A stretch of 64,000 nucleotides of DNA from a virus (lineage: Duplodnaviria; Heunggongvirae; Uroviricota; Caudoviricetes): positions 20,026 to 84,025 of IMG/VR virus record IMGVR_UViG_2718218131_000011; one strand, 5' to 3'. The number at the start of each line of letters is the position of its first letter. Positions within the stretch are counted from its first letter, which is position 1. Shown piece after piece: positions 30,845 to 41,648 of the stretch. The position numbers and the translations under genes are program-made. Below the pieces are notes generated by a model. The model was not told the origin of the DNA. It did no database searches and saw only the letters and a list, made by a program, of their open reading frames with translations.

Positions 30845-31426
30845 TTACTGGAACGCCCGAACAATATCGGAGCTGTTATATATCGAAGAACCGGTCAACT
30901 GGAGGTTGACGGTGTTTTTCAGGAAATGCCCATTGCTGTCCCTGGGCGCATCGAGATCGAAACTTATGTCCTGGATAGCGACATCAATGATGTTGATCCG
31001 GCGACCAATGTTTAGCGTCACACGCTCCGGGATTCGACCACCAATGCTGGCATCTTTAAGTTCCGGGCTAATCATCGCTGACAATGCGGCGATAGCTCCT
31101 GAAACCTCCGTGAATGGGTCAAACAAAGCGATGAAAGTTACAGGCAGCGTGAAAGTCGGCGGTGTTCCCCCCTCCCAAACCATTAAGCTGTTCCAACGGG
31201 CCACCGACGTTGTTTCAGTACCAACCTGCGCAAAACCACTGAAAGCACCAGCAACAGACCCCATGGACATACCGGTAAACGGCGCTTCCCAATTCTGGGC
31301 CATGTTCATTGCTGCCCCCTGGCTGATATATCCGGTAACCTGGTACTGAGAGTTCGTTAAAGTAACTTTCAGAAATGGCGATACACCGTCAGCCTGGCTG
31401 TAAACCCCATAAGGAATAGGTGCCAT
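30845..31426 (-). CDS. phage morphogenesis protein
   Basis: 193-aa ORF in the same late operon. Confidence 0.5.
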   Translation of the reverse strand: MAPIPYGVYSQADGVSPFLKVTLTNSQYQVTGYISQGAAMNMAQNWEAPFTGMSMGSVAGAFSGFAQVGTETTSVARWNSLMVWEGGTPPTFTLPVTFIALFDPFTEVSGAIAALSAMISPELKDASIGGRIPERVTLNIGRRINIIDVAIQDISFDLDAPRDSNGHFLKNTVNLQLTGSSIYNSSDIVRAFQ

Positions 31427-31461
31427 TCAAGTTAAAGGCCGGAGTTCTCCGGCCTCCTCCT

Positions 31462-32277
31462 TTAGCCAAGGCGCTTACGGCGCAGTTTCATTGACTTTTT
31501 GCGGGCAAGTTTTGCCGCGCCGGTCTGGGCTTTTCGACGCGCTTTTTTCAGCGCCGATTTTTGAGCCGCAGTCAGACGTTTTTTACGCAGGCGTTTACGG
31601 ATGAGTTTGATCTCACCGTTACGAACAACCTTCTTAAATGCTTCAGTCAGCATTTCATCAGAAGTGCCAGCAACAACAAACGCCGCTTCCAGTTCGTCGC
31701 GGTCGTCGCTATCTAAACCAGCGATAGAGGCACCAACATCAGCAGCTGCGTCGTCGTCTTCATCGTCAGCCAGTGCTTCGATCAGGTCATCATCTACACC
31801 GCATGCTGCGAGGAAGTCAGCAACATTTGCCCATGCTTCGTTATAGGCATCGTCCTGTTCTTCTGTAACTTCGGAGTCGTCGTCATCAGAGATACCAGCG
31901 ATAGCCTGAACGAAACCATCAAGGGAGTCGAAAGTCAGATCACCGCTATCAGCCCAGGCGAAAACGGCGTCGGCCGCATCACTCAACGCATTCTGCATAG
32001 CACTTCGATTTGCGGCTTCCAGAATCATCTGGTGCGCCTGTTCGACGGTCCATTCTTTACCGTCTTTCCCTTCCAGGATTTGCTCAGGAGCCGGGGCAGA
32101 TGGAACGTTATCGTAAGTCTGTGCCGCCGGTTCCTGATTATTATTAATAACCGGATCTGTTGGCGGTTCGGCGCTTGCTCGGGCAGACTCCATCAGCTGC
32201 ACAGGATCAGAGTTCAAAGCGAAACGAGACAGTCCATTCCCCAAAAATGCCCCGGATTGAAAAAAGTTTTTGCTCAT
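31462..32277 (-). CDS. phage structural protein with acidic core and poly-basic C-terminus (P1 gp21-like position)
   Basis: 271 aa; DDDDSEVTEEQDD...ADDEDDDAAAD; C-terminal KRLRKKRLTAAQKSALKKARRKAQ...RRKRLG. Confidence 0.5.
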   Translation of the reverse strand: MSKNFFQSGAFLGNGLSRFALNSDPVQLMESARASAEPPTDPVINNNQEPAAQTYDNVPSAPAPEQILEGKDGKEWTVEQAHQMILEAANRSAMQNALSDAADAVFAWADSGDLTFDSLDGFVQAIAGISDDDDSEVTEEQDDAYNEAWANVADFLAACGVDDDLIEALADDEDDDAAADVGASIAGLDSDDRDELEAAFVVAGTSDEMLTEAFKKVVRNGEIKLIRKRLRKKRLTAAQKSALKKARRKAQTGAAKLARKKSMKLRRKRLG

Positions 32278-32286
32278 TGTATTCCC

Positions 32287-33876
32287 TTACTTAATAAGCA
32301 GCGGTACGCCCTGGATACGACGGGCTACGCCAGTCGGGCAGCAGGCCCAGACTACTTCCCATTTATCGAATTCCGCCTGCGTAACTTTCAGCACATACGG
32401 TTCTGTACCGTCAGCATCAGGATCACGAGGAGCCACCAGAGCGCCGGAGGCGACAAAGCGATCTAAAAGTTTGGTCATCCCTTTAGTCAGGCCAGCCGCA
32501 GTAATACCGTCCGGGCTATGCTTCATCTGTCGGGCTAACTGGACAAAGAAACGGCTGATTGCATTCATCAGGGATGGGACGTGCTGGAAGTGCAGATAGT
32601 TATCCTGCGTGCAGCAAGTTAAAGCATCGTCGATGATCATCTGGCCAGAAGTACCTACAGATACTTTATTGAGTCGGCCCTTGACCATAGCTTCTTCGTC
32701 CGGGGTGTCTTCCGGATACAGCGGTTGAAGTGATGCACGAGCAATGACGGCACGTTCTTCACCAGCCGGTGAGTAATGCCAACCGCCGACATCGGAGTTT
32801 TTCTTGACGCCACGAGCTTTCGCTGCATACGCCGCGCCAGACAGACCGAAGACCACGCGGGATTGGGTCCATTTGTCTTTGCAGGAGAACGGGAAATGAT
32901 AGACAGCACAGCTTACATAATCGGTACCAAGTAAACCGGTATCTTCAACAGCAGAGATCGCTTCCGTGTACGTCAATGTCGGTTTGACATCAAAGAAGCC
33001 ATCAATCAAGCGATCAGAACAGATATTACCTAACGCAGTGATCGCCGCATTGTCATAGCAACCCAGGCCGAGAACAGCGGTGTACATGTACGGCGCATTG
33101 TTCAGCACTTTCACCGCACGCAGGTAAGCAGCAGTGGAAATGTTCGACTGATCGCCGTTGGTACCGCCAGTGAACGCCAGCGATTTTTTATTTGTTACTT
33201 TCGCCGTCGAAATCAGCTCTTCATTAACAACCGCGCGCAGATATTTAGAACGGGCTTCCAGAGCCGTAGGCAGATAACACAAGCGGCCCATGTCATCTTT
33301 CGCTTCTTCCGCCAAAGACACAGTGTGTGTCTCCAGGGTCGTTACCACGCCGAGCGAAGTCGTCTGGGTCAGTTTCAGGAGGAAGCGTTCATTACCTGCG
33401 CTGTCCGCTGTTGCCGTTTCGATGGTTAACTCACGGGTAGGTGAAATACACGGATCACCATCATCAACGTAGATAGCAAAGGCTTCGCCGCTATCAAGTT
33501 CAATTTCAGAACCGTATGGCAACGCACTGTAAGCCGGTTCGCCTGATTCATCGAACATAATAATCGGGAACTTCGCATCATCCGGAACAGCACGAACAAT
33601 ATAACCTGACGTTTGCTGAATAGCTTCGTATACATGGCGAATTGGTTCGAACTGTGAGCCGGAAGACGGCTTCAGCGGTTCGCCGAGAACATCTTCGTAA
33701 TTGGACTCAGTAACCGCAAGAACAGTAAACGGCTTGCCACGCGCAAATACGCCAATACCAGCCCACAAGCTGCTATTTAATGCAACACCGGTAGATAACG
33801 TCGCATCGGCATTGATCGGGCTAACCGCAACGCCGGATGCATTACCTAATGACTGTTGAATTGAATATTGAGACAT
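32287..33876 (-). CDS. contractile tail sheath protein (P1 gp22-like)
   Basis: 529 aa (~57 kDa) adjacent to the major head gene; size and synteny match my recollection of P1 gp22. Confidence 0.55.
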   Translation of the reverse strand: MSQYSIQQSLGNASGVAVSPINADATLSTGVALNSSLWAGIGVFARGKPFTVLAVTESNYEDVLGEPLKPSSGSQFEPIRHVYEAIQQTSGYIVRAVPDDAKFPIIMFDESGEPAYSALPYGSEIELDSGEAFAIYVDDGDPCISPTRELTIETATADSAGNERFLLKLTQTTSLGVVTTLETHTVSLAEEAKDDMGRLCYLPTALEARSKYLRAVVNEELISTAKVTNKKSLAFTGGTNGDQSNISTAAYLRAVKVLNNAPYMYTAVLGLGCYDNAAITALGNICSDRLIDGFFDVKPTLTYTEAISAVEDTGLLGTDYVSCAVYHFPFSCKDKWTQSRVVFGLSGAAYAAKARGVKKNSDVGGWHYSPAGEERAVIARASLQPLYPEDTPDEEAMVKGRLNKVSVGTSGQMIIDDALTCCTQDNYLHFQHVPSLMNAISRFFVQLARQMKHSPDGITAAGLTKGMTKLLDRFVASGALVAPRDPDADGTEPYVLKVTQAEFDKWEVVWACCPTGVARRIQGVPLLIK

Positions 33877-33936
33877 AACTTTCCCTGTTATGCGCCCCGC
33901 ACGGGGGCGCTATGTTAAACGGAGAACTTCCCCTGA

Positions 33937-35664
33937 TTACTCAGAGTCACCGGCATCAATCGTGTCGCCGCTTATGAAGTTAAGCCCGCCTTTTTTGGCC
34001 ATTGTCAGCGTTACACGAGTGAAGTAATCAGCGCCGTTGCGTGGGTGCATATCGTTGATAGCCGAACCCCACAGCGTGGTACGGTTGACCAGCGCCGGAG
34101 TGGTCGGATGCTGGAACGGGATGGCCGGGACAGCATCACCAGTCACGAAGCCTGCTTTACCCGGATTTTCATCACGGACGTAGCACAGCACATCCATCGA
34201 GCTGAACTGAATGTTCTCTGTCGTTAAGTTCTTACAAATACCAGCAGGTACTTCGTACACTTTCACGTTACCGAACAGGGTACCGATGTAGTGAACATAC
34301 GGAGTCTGGATATAGTCTTCGGCTGGCTGGAAGAAATCCTTCGGCAACTGTTTGAAGAAAGATGCTGCATCAGCACCAGCAAACATCCCCATCGCACCAG
34401 AAGATTTAACGCGCTCAATAATGTCGCGATATACAGTCTGGAATTTGCCACGAATGATGGTTGCCCATACATCAAAGGACTGGTTAACCGGCAGAGCGAT
34501 GTCAAAGGAGTCGGTCGCAAGAGTACGCCAGATCATAATGCGAAGACGCAGCATATCCTGTTCATGAGACAGGTATTCCTTCAGGGTGCGGAACTGTAGG
34601 GAACCCAGGTCCAGACCAAACTCACGCTGTGCTTCATACGCCGCCTGTACAGTGTGCTCAGCCGCGATAACGAACTGACTTGGGAACAGGGTGTATTTCT
34701 TCATTTCGTGGTTGATCAGCGGGATCAGCTCAGGAGCGGCTTCAATATTGATTTCCGTCTCAATTGCGATCTCAGTGCCTTTATCCGGCGCTTTGGAGAA
34801 CGACAGGGCAATCTGACCAATGTTGTAGTTCAGAGAGCAGGTAACAGTGATTTGCTCACCAGCAGCATTAGTAAACGAGTGAAGTAGGCTGCCGGAACCG
34901 TTATCAACAACAGACTTAATACGGTTAACGTAGATGTTAGTGCGACCTTTTCGGATTGGTACATTCTGGCCTTCGAAGTCTTCCATCTTGAAGGTTGCGG
35001 TTTTGCTAGTGCCATCGGAGCTTGCCACCAGCACATAGCGGCGACGTAACTGGCTGTACACACCGACGGATTGCATGTCCAGAACATCACCAGCAGCATA
35101 AGAACCAAAAGAGGAACCTGCCACGTTAAAGACTTCATAGATGTCGGACTGGTCACGCGTAACCGGAATGAAGGTACACGCATCAGCGGTAGCTGCCCCC
35201 AACTGAACAGGCAGGATCATCGCGAGGAATAAAGGCAGACGCATAACACCGTCAGAAACGCTCATCATCTCTGCTGCGACGGATTCCAGCATCGCTTTAT
35301 TAGTGGCATCCATGCTATTGCGGGTGGACTCTATCAGGCAGTTTTCCAGCGTCTGGTGGCAGGAGGCCAGAATTTCCGGACGCGGCATAGATTTATGTGC
35401 TGCGGCGTAGTCAGCCAGTGCACTTGCCCACGCTGTAGCGATTTGAGCGGTGGCATTATCAGAGATACCCGCAAAAACCGGGTCTTTACGTGCAGCTTCA
35501 AGGATAGATGCGGCACGCGCGGCATCATCTTTAATGAATTGGTTATCAGTACCGAACTGCGCAGTGCTTGCCCAGCCAAGCACAGCTTTAGAGCGTTTTG
35601 CGATATCTGCAATACGATTCTGGTATTCGCGTAAGTTACTCAATTTACTCTTCCTTAAACACAA
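33937..35664 (-). CDS. major head protein precursor (P1 gp23-like)
   Basis: 575 aa (~62 kDa), immediately upstream of parB; true start may be internal. Confidence 0.5.
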   Translation of the reverse strand: MCLRKSKLSNLREYQNRIADIAKRSKAVLGWASTAQFGTDNQFIKDDAARAASILEAARKDPVFAGISDNATAQIATAWASALADYAAAHKSMPRPEILASCHQTLENCLIESTRNSMDATNKAMLESVAAEMMSVSDGVMRLPLFLAMILPVQLGAATADACTFIPVTRDQSDIYEVFNVAGSSFGSYAAGDVLDMQSVGVYSQLRRRYVLVASSDGTSKTATFKMEDFEGQNVPIRKGRTNIYVNRIKSVVDNGSGSLLHSFTNAAGEQITVTCSLNYNIGQIALSFSKAPDKGTEIAIETEINIEAAPELIPLINHEMKKYTLFPSQFVIAAEHTVQAAYEAQREFGLDLGSLQFRTLKEYLSHEQDMLRLRIMIWRTLATDSFDIALPVNQSFDVWATIIRGKFQTVYRDIIERVKSSGAMGMFAGADAASFFKQLPKDFFQPAEDYIQTPYVHYIGTLFGNVKVYEVPAGICKNLTTENIQFSSMDVLCYVRDENPGKAGFVTGDAVPAIPFQHPTTPALVNRTTLWGSAINDMHPRNGADYFTRVTLTMAKKGGLNFISGDTIDAGDSE

Positions 35665-35780
35665 GGCACTTGTGTGAATCCCTTTTCGGAAGAGATTTTA
35701 TTGAAAGTCACTTGTTGACTTTCTCGTGACAAGCAATTTTTTTATTTTTTTCGGGAGGAGGGGAGGAAGGTAAAATCCAA

Positions 35781-35865
35781 GGTGAAATCGTGGCGATTTC
35801 ACCTTGAAATTTTAGAGTAATTTACTTTAAAAACAGTCAGTTAATAGTGAAATTTGAATGGCGAA
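35781..35865. other. parS: parS partition site
   Basis: Heptamer box A (ATTTCAC/GTGAAAT) and hexamer box B (TCGCCA/TGGCGA) copies flanking an AT-rich IHF-like core, directly downstream of parB. Confidence 0.75.
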
Positions 35866-35868
35866 AGT

Positions 35869-36870
35869 TTAAGGCTTCGGCTTTTTATCGAGGCTCTTTC
35901 TAAGGATATGCCCAATCATCCTGTCGAGTTCTTCCTGTAACTCTTTTGAGAGTCGATTAAACTCATAAGAAAATGCACGGCCTTTCACGCGCTTCCTTGC
36001 AAAGCGATCCTTGTCCTCAAATTTCCATAATTCAGTAACTACGGACTTATCTTTAGAACCTTTATCCGTGAGTAGTGAGGCTTCCTTTGTTATCAAGCGC
36101 AGGATTTTATTTTTAACTTCATCTTCGGCCATTTCTTCAATGGATAAGATGTCGTTTATTTCCGGGGATATGTTTTGAATAAGCTGATCAAACTCTAAAT
36201 TCTTGTTCCCCATTTCGTCGCCAACAGCACAAAGCGTTTTGTAGTCCGAAAAGGTTAATTCCGACTGCACAGGGAAAAGGGCGACTAATTCTTCCGGAGC
36301 ACTCGCTGCCTGGAGAGCACGCGTGACCTTCGCCTGAGACAGCCCTTCTTTGGCTGCAATATCCTTCTGACTCATCCCATCATTTTTCATTCGCATCAAA
36401 CGCAGACCTATTTCTCGAATGCTGTGCTGCAATGCTGTCTGAACGTCTTTCGCTAAATTTTGCGCTTCCTGAACGCTGATCTCCTGGTCCGTGACTAAAA
36501 CCCGCAACCCTACGTTCTCTAAGATGGCAGAAGCTCGACGCCGGGAACCATCCAAAATTTCAATTTTCCCTGTAGCCCGTCTAACACCTATTGCAGGGTA
36601 AAATTGCTGATGCTTAATAGTGCTTCGGATACTTTTTAATGATTTTGGCGTAAGAGATGCCTGGTCACGCCCGTTGTTATGCTGATCAACAAAGGTATCG
36701 CTTTCTACCTGGTTCGGAGGTATTACCTCTTCAATAAATGTGGCCTGGCGACCAGTTGATAACTTGAATACCTGCTCGACTCGATCGCCAGAGGCTGAAG
36801 AACTATCAAATCCGCTTAATATTGAAGGATTAAGGGTTCGCCCAATTGTTGGTCTGTTTTTCTTTGACAT
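35869..36870 (-). CDS. parB: ParB partition protein
   Basis: 333 aa; MSKKNRPTIGRTLNPSILSGFDSSS... matches P1 ParB as recalled; follows parA. Confidence 0.9.
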   Translation of the reverse strand: MSKKNRPTIGRTLNPSILSGFDSSSASGDRVEQVFKLSTGRQATFIEEVIPPNQVESDTFVDQHNNGRDQASLTPKSLKSIRSTIKHQQFYPAIGVRRATGKIEILDGSRRRASAILENVGLRVLVTDQEISVQEAQNLAKDVQTALQHSIREIGLRLMRMKNDGMSQKDIAAKEGLSQAKVTRALQAASAPEELVALFPVQSELTFSDYKTLCAVGDEMGNKNLEFDQLIQNISPEINDILSIEEMAEDEVKNKILRLITKEASLLTDKGSKDKSVVTELWKFEDKDRFARKRVKGRAFSYEFNRLSKELQEELDRMIGHILRKSLDKKPKP

Positions 36871-36886
36871 GGGGGTTTCTTACTCC

Positions 36887-38083
36887 TCAGTTAGATCTGA
36901 TAAATTCAATACGGTCAAAAACTGCTTTAGCAAAATCTTCCGCGGCAATTCGCGCGTTCTTCAATGCATCAGCACTACCAACATACGTTGCCGGGTTAGC
37001 TGAAATAACAGTGTCAAAAGACTCGCCGCAACGTTCAAAACCGTCAAGGCGAGGGAGGACGACATCGAGCATATCCCCACCGAACACTTCTTTAGCCAGG
37101 CTATGGCAATACTTATGATCTGCCTTGTTACTCAACTTGGACATAAAACCAATGTTAGTCGCAAGCTGGCACTCGCAGCCTTCATCCGAAATGAGTTTCA
37201 CCAACTCAGGAAGGCGGGCAACGTATTTAAGCGATGAGTGGAAATCGACAGTTGCTGGCGGCAGAGGTGTAAACAGTATATTGGCCGAGGCCAAAGCATT
37301 TTTCAGGAAGGCGTCAAGGTGAGGACCACTATCAACGAGGATAAAATCATAATCGCTCTTCAGCTTATCAATCACATTTTCTTTCAGGACAGCATGGATG
37401 TTCTGACCCGGTAGATGCTCATTGCACAGCTCTCTCCAATCGGATGCAATAAAGGCATCGTCAATCGACGCAGGCATAACGTCAACCCCAGGTACAACAG
37501 AAGGAACAATAAACTCCTCTAACAGCTCTTCACGGCTTACATTCTGCAACATAGCCTGTGCAGATGTTGCGTTTACGATACCAATAGAGTGTTTATGGCT
37601 TAAAAACATCGTTGCTGAAGATTGCGGATCAAGGTCAATAACCAGAATCCTTAAATCTTCCATCAGAAGATGAGGGTGGGCACGCATTGCATGCGCCAGA
37701 GAAACCGTCGATACAGTTTTTGACACACCGCCTTTAAGATTGGAGATGAAAATCACATACGCTTCGCTGTAGCGATCCCGGTATTTTGGCACTCCGCGAT
37801 GTTCATATATGTCAATGATGTTCTGAATTGACATCGCATATTTCATTGAAGAGCCAGCAGGACGTTTATCGAAAACATAACCCTTTTCTTCCATTTCACT
37901 TACGGCATAGTCAACGTTCGCTCGAGTCAGTAGAGGCAATTTTGCCAGTGCCGCTTTCGCATAGACCTGGTAAAACTCGTTCGCGTGTAGCTCATCCTTT
38001 TGCAACTGTACTTGTTCAGTCAGAACATTGAGCATTCTGTTTGCTCTTTGAGCAACCTTGTGAAGCTGGCTGGAATCACTCAT
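36887..38083 (-). CDS. parA: ParA partition ATPase
   Basis: 398 aa; Walker A KGGVSKT; N-terminal HTH extension typical of type Ia ParA. Confidence 0.9.
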   Translation of the reverse strand: MSDSSQLHKVAQRANRMLNVLTEQVQLQKDELHANEFYQVYAKAALAKLPLLTRANVDYAVSEMEEKGYVFDKRPAGSSMKYAMSIQNIIDIYEHRGVPKYRDRYSEAYVIFISNLKGGVSKTVSTVSLAHAMRAHPHLLMEDLRILVIDLDPQSSATMFLSHKHSIGIVNATSAQAMLQNVSREELLEEFIVPSVVPGVDVMPASIDDAFIASDWRELCNEHLPGQNIHAVLKENVIDKLKSDYDFILVDSGPHLDAFLKNALASANILFTPLPPATVDFHSSLKYVARLPELVKLISDEGCECQLATNIGFMSKLSNKADHKYCHSLAKEVFGGDMLDVVLPRLDGFERCGESFDTVISANPATYVGSADALKNARIAAEDFAKAVFDRIEFIRSN

Positions 38084-38356
38084 CGAAAGTCATCCTTTAT
38101 GCTGTATTTTTGAATTTAATTAAAAATGCTGCATAAAATAATAATGTATGCGTAGATGCTTGTACATAGCATTCTCTGCATGTTTACTCCTTTGCCAAGT
38201 GTGTCACAACATGCTTTGGCATCCTCCTCGTATAAAGGACGCGGATTTCTTCTATGTTCAGGTTGTAGCCTAAATCATTTTGGTGATTTCCTGCTTCAAC
38301 GGGCTGCCAGGCTTCACTCTCTATCAACTGGTGTGAACGGCTTGCCCGGCAGCTTC

Positions 38357-38640
38357 GATGTGTGCTGGAGGGAGAATAAAAGTCTAAGATGTGCGATAGA
38401 GGGAAGTCGCATTGAATTATGTGCTGTGGAGGGATCGCTGGTATCAAATATGTGTACTGGAGGGAAAGACAGAGAATTACATGTGCACTGGAGGGAAAAA
38501 CGGATGGACAGATGTGTGCTGGAGGGAAAGTCTGGGCAAACTGCGGGGCGTCCCCCTCCAGCGCACATCAAAAACAGGAAATTGGACAAGCCTTCCCGTC
38601 AGCACACATTTTTTTAATGCAGCTTCCCTCCAGCACACAC
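38357..38640. repeat. incA: nine 19-bp RepA iterons downstream of repA
   Basis: Six direct copies of GATGTGTGCTGGAGGGAAA-like and three inverted copies (TTCCCTCCAGCACACA), irregular spacing. Confidence 0.85.
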
Positions 38641-39501
38641 TTATTCGGGAAGTTTCAGCTTTGGATTGCGAGAATGGACGATTACAAAACTTTCCCGGCC
38701 TTTCTTCTCAATTGAACAGTCGAGATAACCGATTGTTTTAAGCTGTTCTATCGCTTTCTTAATGATACGGTTTTGCTCGCCAACAGCTGACTGCAAAGCC
38801 AGGCGCTCACGGATTCGCGCGAACGATAGCGGCAACGGGTTCTGCGGAAGGCTTTCGATGAAAGTGTAAATGGCTTGTGCAGCTTCTTTCTTCGGAAGGG
38901 CACGCAAGGCGTGGTGTTGCAACAGAACGCGATAATCAAGCTGGAACAGCTCCCACAGCTTCGAATCAGCCTCCAGCTCTATCAGATCAAGGTCAGCATC
39001 AAAACGCCCGACCTTAAGCAGACCAGTCTGATAGCCGCCTTTAGCATCTTTTCCGCGCTTAAAAGCGATACCCTTGTTACGCAAGCGTCCAAGTGATTCA
39101 TGAATGGTTAAACGCAGTTTCGCATCCAGACGTTTTGAGGGGAAACCACAGGCTTTAGCGAATTCCTGAAACGATAACTGGATGGTGTTTGAGGACAAGC
39201 CGTATTTGCTGAACGCGTAGATGACACCGATCCACGTTTTGAAATCAGTATCCATATCGAGTCGAGGACCGGTGATTTTAATATCATCGTAACCCTCGGC
39301 TTTAGCTATCTCCAGCTGGGAAAACGCTTTGGTGGCATCAATCTCTTTACCTTCTCCTTTGCTCTTTGATGGCTTCGGCACGAATACCCCCAAGCGCATC
39401 AACGCTACAGGCTGCACAGTGTTGTTTGAATTAACTGTTAGTTCTTTTGCCTTACTTTCAATGTCTGCGTAAAGAATATCGGAGATAAATGATTGATTCA
39501 T
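38641..39501 (-). CDS. repA: RepA plasmid replication initiator
   Basis: 286 aa; MNQSFISDILYADIESKAKELTVNSNN...; flanked by iteron arrays. Confidence 0.9.
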   Translation of the reverse strand: MNQSFISDILYADIESKAKELTVNSNNTVQPVALMRLGVFVPKPSKSKGEGKEIDATKAFSQLEIAKAEGYDDIKITGPRLDMDTDFKTWIGVIYAFSKYGLSSNTIQLSFQEFAKACGFPSKRLDAKLRLTIHESLGRLRNKGIAFKRGKDAKGGYQTGLLKVGRFDADLDLIELEADSKLWELFQLDYRVLLQHHALRALPKKEAAQAIYTFIESLPQNPLPLSFARIRERLALQSAVGEQNRIIKKAIEQLKTIGYLDCSIEKKGRESFVIVHSRNPKLKLPE

Positions 39502-39547
39502 ATTACTTTTTCCGAATTATGTGGATAGTTTTTATAAGCGGTGATAA

Positions 39548-39651
39548 CTACCCAGGCTTTCCCGTCAGCACACATCCTATATCCCGCCAGCACACATTAG
39601 CAACCCGTCAGCACACATTTTTTTCCCTCCAGCGCACATCATTTTCCCTCC
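39548..39651. repeat. incC: five RepA iterons upstream of repA
   Basis: Five copies of TTCCC(G/T)(T/C)CAGCACACAT at ~21-24 bp spacing. Confidence 0.85.
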
Positions 39652-39790
39652 AGCACACATCGCGAAAGGCTTCTAAGCCAGACGGGGCGCGGCCTACGAC
39701 GATCAGGGATCTATATGGATCTAATTGGGATCTGTATGGACCTGATTATTGGATCTATCCAGTGGATAATGTGGATAAGTGAAAAACCGG
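39652..39790. other. oriR plasmid replication origin
   Basis: Cluster of GATC sites (GGGATCT heptamers) followed by two DnaA boxes (AGTGGATAA, TGTGGATAA) adjacent to incC. Confidence 0.7.
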
Positions 39791-39819
39791 CCAACAAAGC
39801 CGGTTGGAAGGAAACCGTA

Positions 39820-40212
39820 TTATTCTACGCTTTCGATAAGAAGACCATGTTCATAACATTTAAGCTCATCGCCTTCATACAGGAATTGGTATCCAACACC
39901 ACCACCTTCCGGAACATTAGGGAATAAATCATCACTTACCGAAGAACAAATCACACCAATGCAGCGATCAACGCCTTCTCGTTCTTCAGTGCTGAAAAAA
40001 TCCTCTTCAATAAGCACTTGATTACATTGCTCATCAGCATAAGTTGGAAATACATGCTCGATACAATCTGGATGTTTTAAACCAAGCTGATCGGCAAGTT
40101 CGAAAGCATGACGGTATTGTTCAGATCCTGGCTTGCCAACAGTGATTTGCTCAATTTTATAGATTGAAGTCGCTTTGTTGATAGTTTGCTTAACTGTTAC
40201 TTTATCAGACAT
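39820..40212 (-). CDS. hypothetical protein
   Basis: 130-aa ORF downstream of the spanin-like pair. Confidence 0.5.
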   Translation of the reverse strand: MSDKVTVKQTINKATSIYKIEQITVGKPGSEQYRHAFELADQLGLKHPDCIEHVFPTYADEQCNQVLIEEDFFSTEEREGVDRCIGVICSSVSDDLFPNVPEGGGVGYQFLYEGDELKCYEHGLLIESVE

Positions 40213-40223
40213 AAAAATCCCTT

Positions 40224-40475
40224 TTAGTTACCGCTGATAGCGCGGTTGTAATCATTAACGTTGCGATTCTTCCTGTTAATCCCCATCAGCATCGTTTCTG
40301 TATCGAGGATATACGCTGGCAGATCATCAAAATATTCACTGCTAAACTCCGGCATCCTGCACATAAATGCACTTTTGGGGGCAGGGTGGTTAACCTTTGT
40401 CGGCGTCGGCGTTAAATTCGCTGATCGACTCCCGGAGCAACCGCTGAGTGTCAGCAGGAATGCGCTGGCGAACAT
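40224..40475 (-). CDS. candidate o-spanin (Rz1-like outer-membrane lipoprotein), overlapping the i-spanin gene
   Basis: Start taken at MFASAFLLTLSGCSG (lipobox LSGC), +1 frame relative to the Rz-like gene; Pro/Thr-rich after Cys. Confidence 0.4.
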   Translation of the reverse strand: MFASAFLLTLSGCSGSRSANLTPTPTKVNHPAPKSAFMCRMPEFSSEYFDDLPAYILDTETMLMGINRKNRNVNDYNRAISGN

Positions 40476-40812
40476 TACCCGCCGCAACCAGTTGTTTCTG
40501 AACTTCTGCTTTTCGTTCCATTTGCCTGTCAGCATACTTGGCTTGCTCTGATTCATTTTTCACTTCCTGGCTGTGAAAATGTTGATCTGCTTTGTTCATC
40601 GTCTCAATGGTCTGGTTAAGATCCATTATTGACTTATCACGTTCCTTAACAGCCTGATCAAGACTGCCAATTTTCTCGATGGCTTGCTTTAGCTGATGAC
40701 GTTCCCATGCAAACCCAGCACCAACAAGTGCGCAAATCAGAACAAGAACACCAGTAGCAGCAAGTTTCTCCTTCAAAGACAAAGCTGCTTTTAACGTAGA
40801 AAAGAATGACAT
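40390..40812 (-). CDS. candidate i-spanin (Rz-like)
   Basis: Start at MSFFSTL preceded by AGGAGG; N-terminal TM helix GVLVLICALVGAGFAW then charged coiled-coil periplasmic domain. Confidence 0.45.
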   Translation of the reverse strand: MSFFSTLKAALSLKEKLAATGVLVLICALVGAGFAWERHQLKQAIEKIGSLDQAVKERDKSIMDLNQTIETMNKADQHFHSQEVKNESEQAKYADRQMERKAEVQKQLVAAGNVRQRIPADTQRLLRESISEFNADADKG

Positions 40813-40851
40813 GTCTTCCTCCTGAAGAAAAATTATCAATGAAGTCCTTTG

Positions 40852-41640
40852 TTACTGTGCCGCTTTGTTTAATTCATCAAGAACAGAATCAGGAACCAAA
40901 GCAGCAACTGCGCTGGCTGTGCTGGCCTTATTTGCTGATGCTTCCGCAAGCGCAGTACCGATAGCATGGTTATAAGCAGTTATGGCTACATTGGCGCTTT
41001 CATTCGCTCGTTCATACTGCTGTTGTAACGCAGTTGTGGGCGCTGTTGTCTGGTTGAAAACAACCCCAAACTGTTCAGTTGCTACTTTCAGAGATTCAAT
41101 TTGCTCTTCTGTTAGTGCTGGTGGGGGAGTGGCAGTGCCGCCGCCTGAACCAGAGCCTGACGAGCTTCCTAAGCCAGTGTTAAGGGTCTGGTTAATCTCC
41201 CCCATAGCAGCGATTAAACTTGATGTATTAAGCGCGTTTACAGCGTCCTCAAGCGATTTAGTAATAGTCACATCACCAATGGCAATAGAGATCGGCAGTT
41301 CTGATACTTCTCGCTCATTAGCACGGCAGTAAACATCCCAACCAATATCGAGTTGAAGCAGCATTGACAGATCTGCATAACCAGCCAACAGGTCCGCGTG
41401 CTTAGTTGCCAGTTCTCCAATGTTCGTTAAGCCGGTTGTGGTTGTTCTGATCGTTGAAACATAGCTGGTAATAGTGTCGGGATAGACAATTGTATCCAGA
41501 ATTAATCCGGTCAATTCTTCTGCAAGCAGTTTTGCTGTGTTAGCACTGTTTCGTGCCGATGTTATGGCACCAGGTGTTTTCATCCCACCGGCGGCGGCCA
41601 ATTTTTTATATGCGGATAACTGGTAGTCTTTTTCCAGCAT
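40852..41640 (-). CDS. hypothetical phage protein
   Basis: Start taken at MLEKDY with AGGAG RBS (ORF-track start at 41697 rejected); Thr/Ser/Gly-rich linker. Confidence 0.5.
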   Translation of the reverse strand: MLEKDYQLSAYKKLAAAGGMKTPGAITSARNSANTAKLLAEELTGLILDTIVYPDTITSYVSTIRTTTTGLTNIGELATKHADLLAGYADLSMLLQLDIGWDVYCRANEREVSELPISIAIGDVTITKSLEDAVNALNTSSLIAAMGEINQTLNTGLGSSSGSGSGGGTATPPPALTEEQIESLKVATEQFGVVFNQTTAPTTALQQQYERANESANVAITAYNHAIGTALAEASANKASTASAVAALVPDSVLDELNKAAQ

Positions 41641-41648
41641 GATATCTC

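Noticed and set aside
38156-38741. Plus-strand ORFs and a regularly repeated 19-bp motif that could suggest a CRISPR array
   Set aside because: Repeats are RepA iterons (direct and inverted copies, irregular spacing) flanking repA; ORFs are read across the repeats and are spurious.
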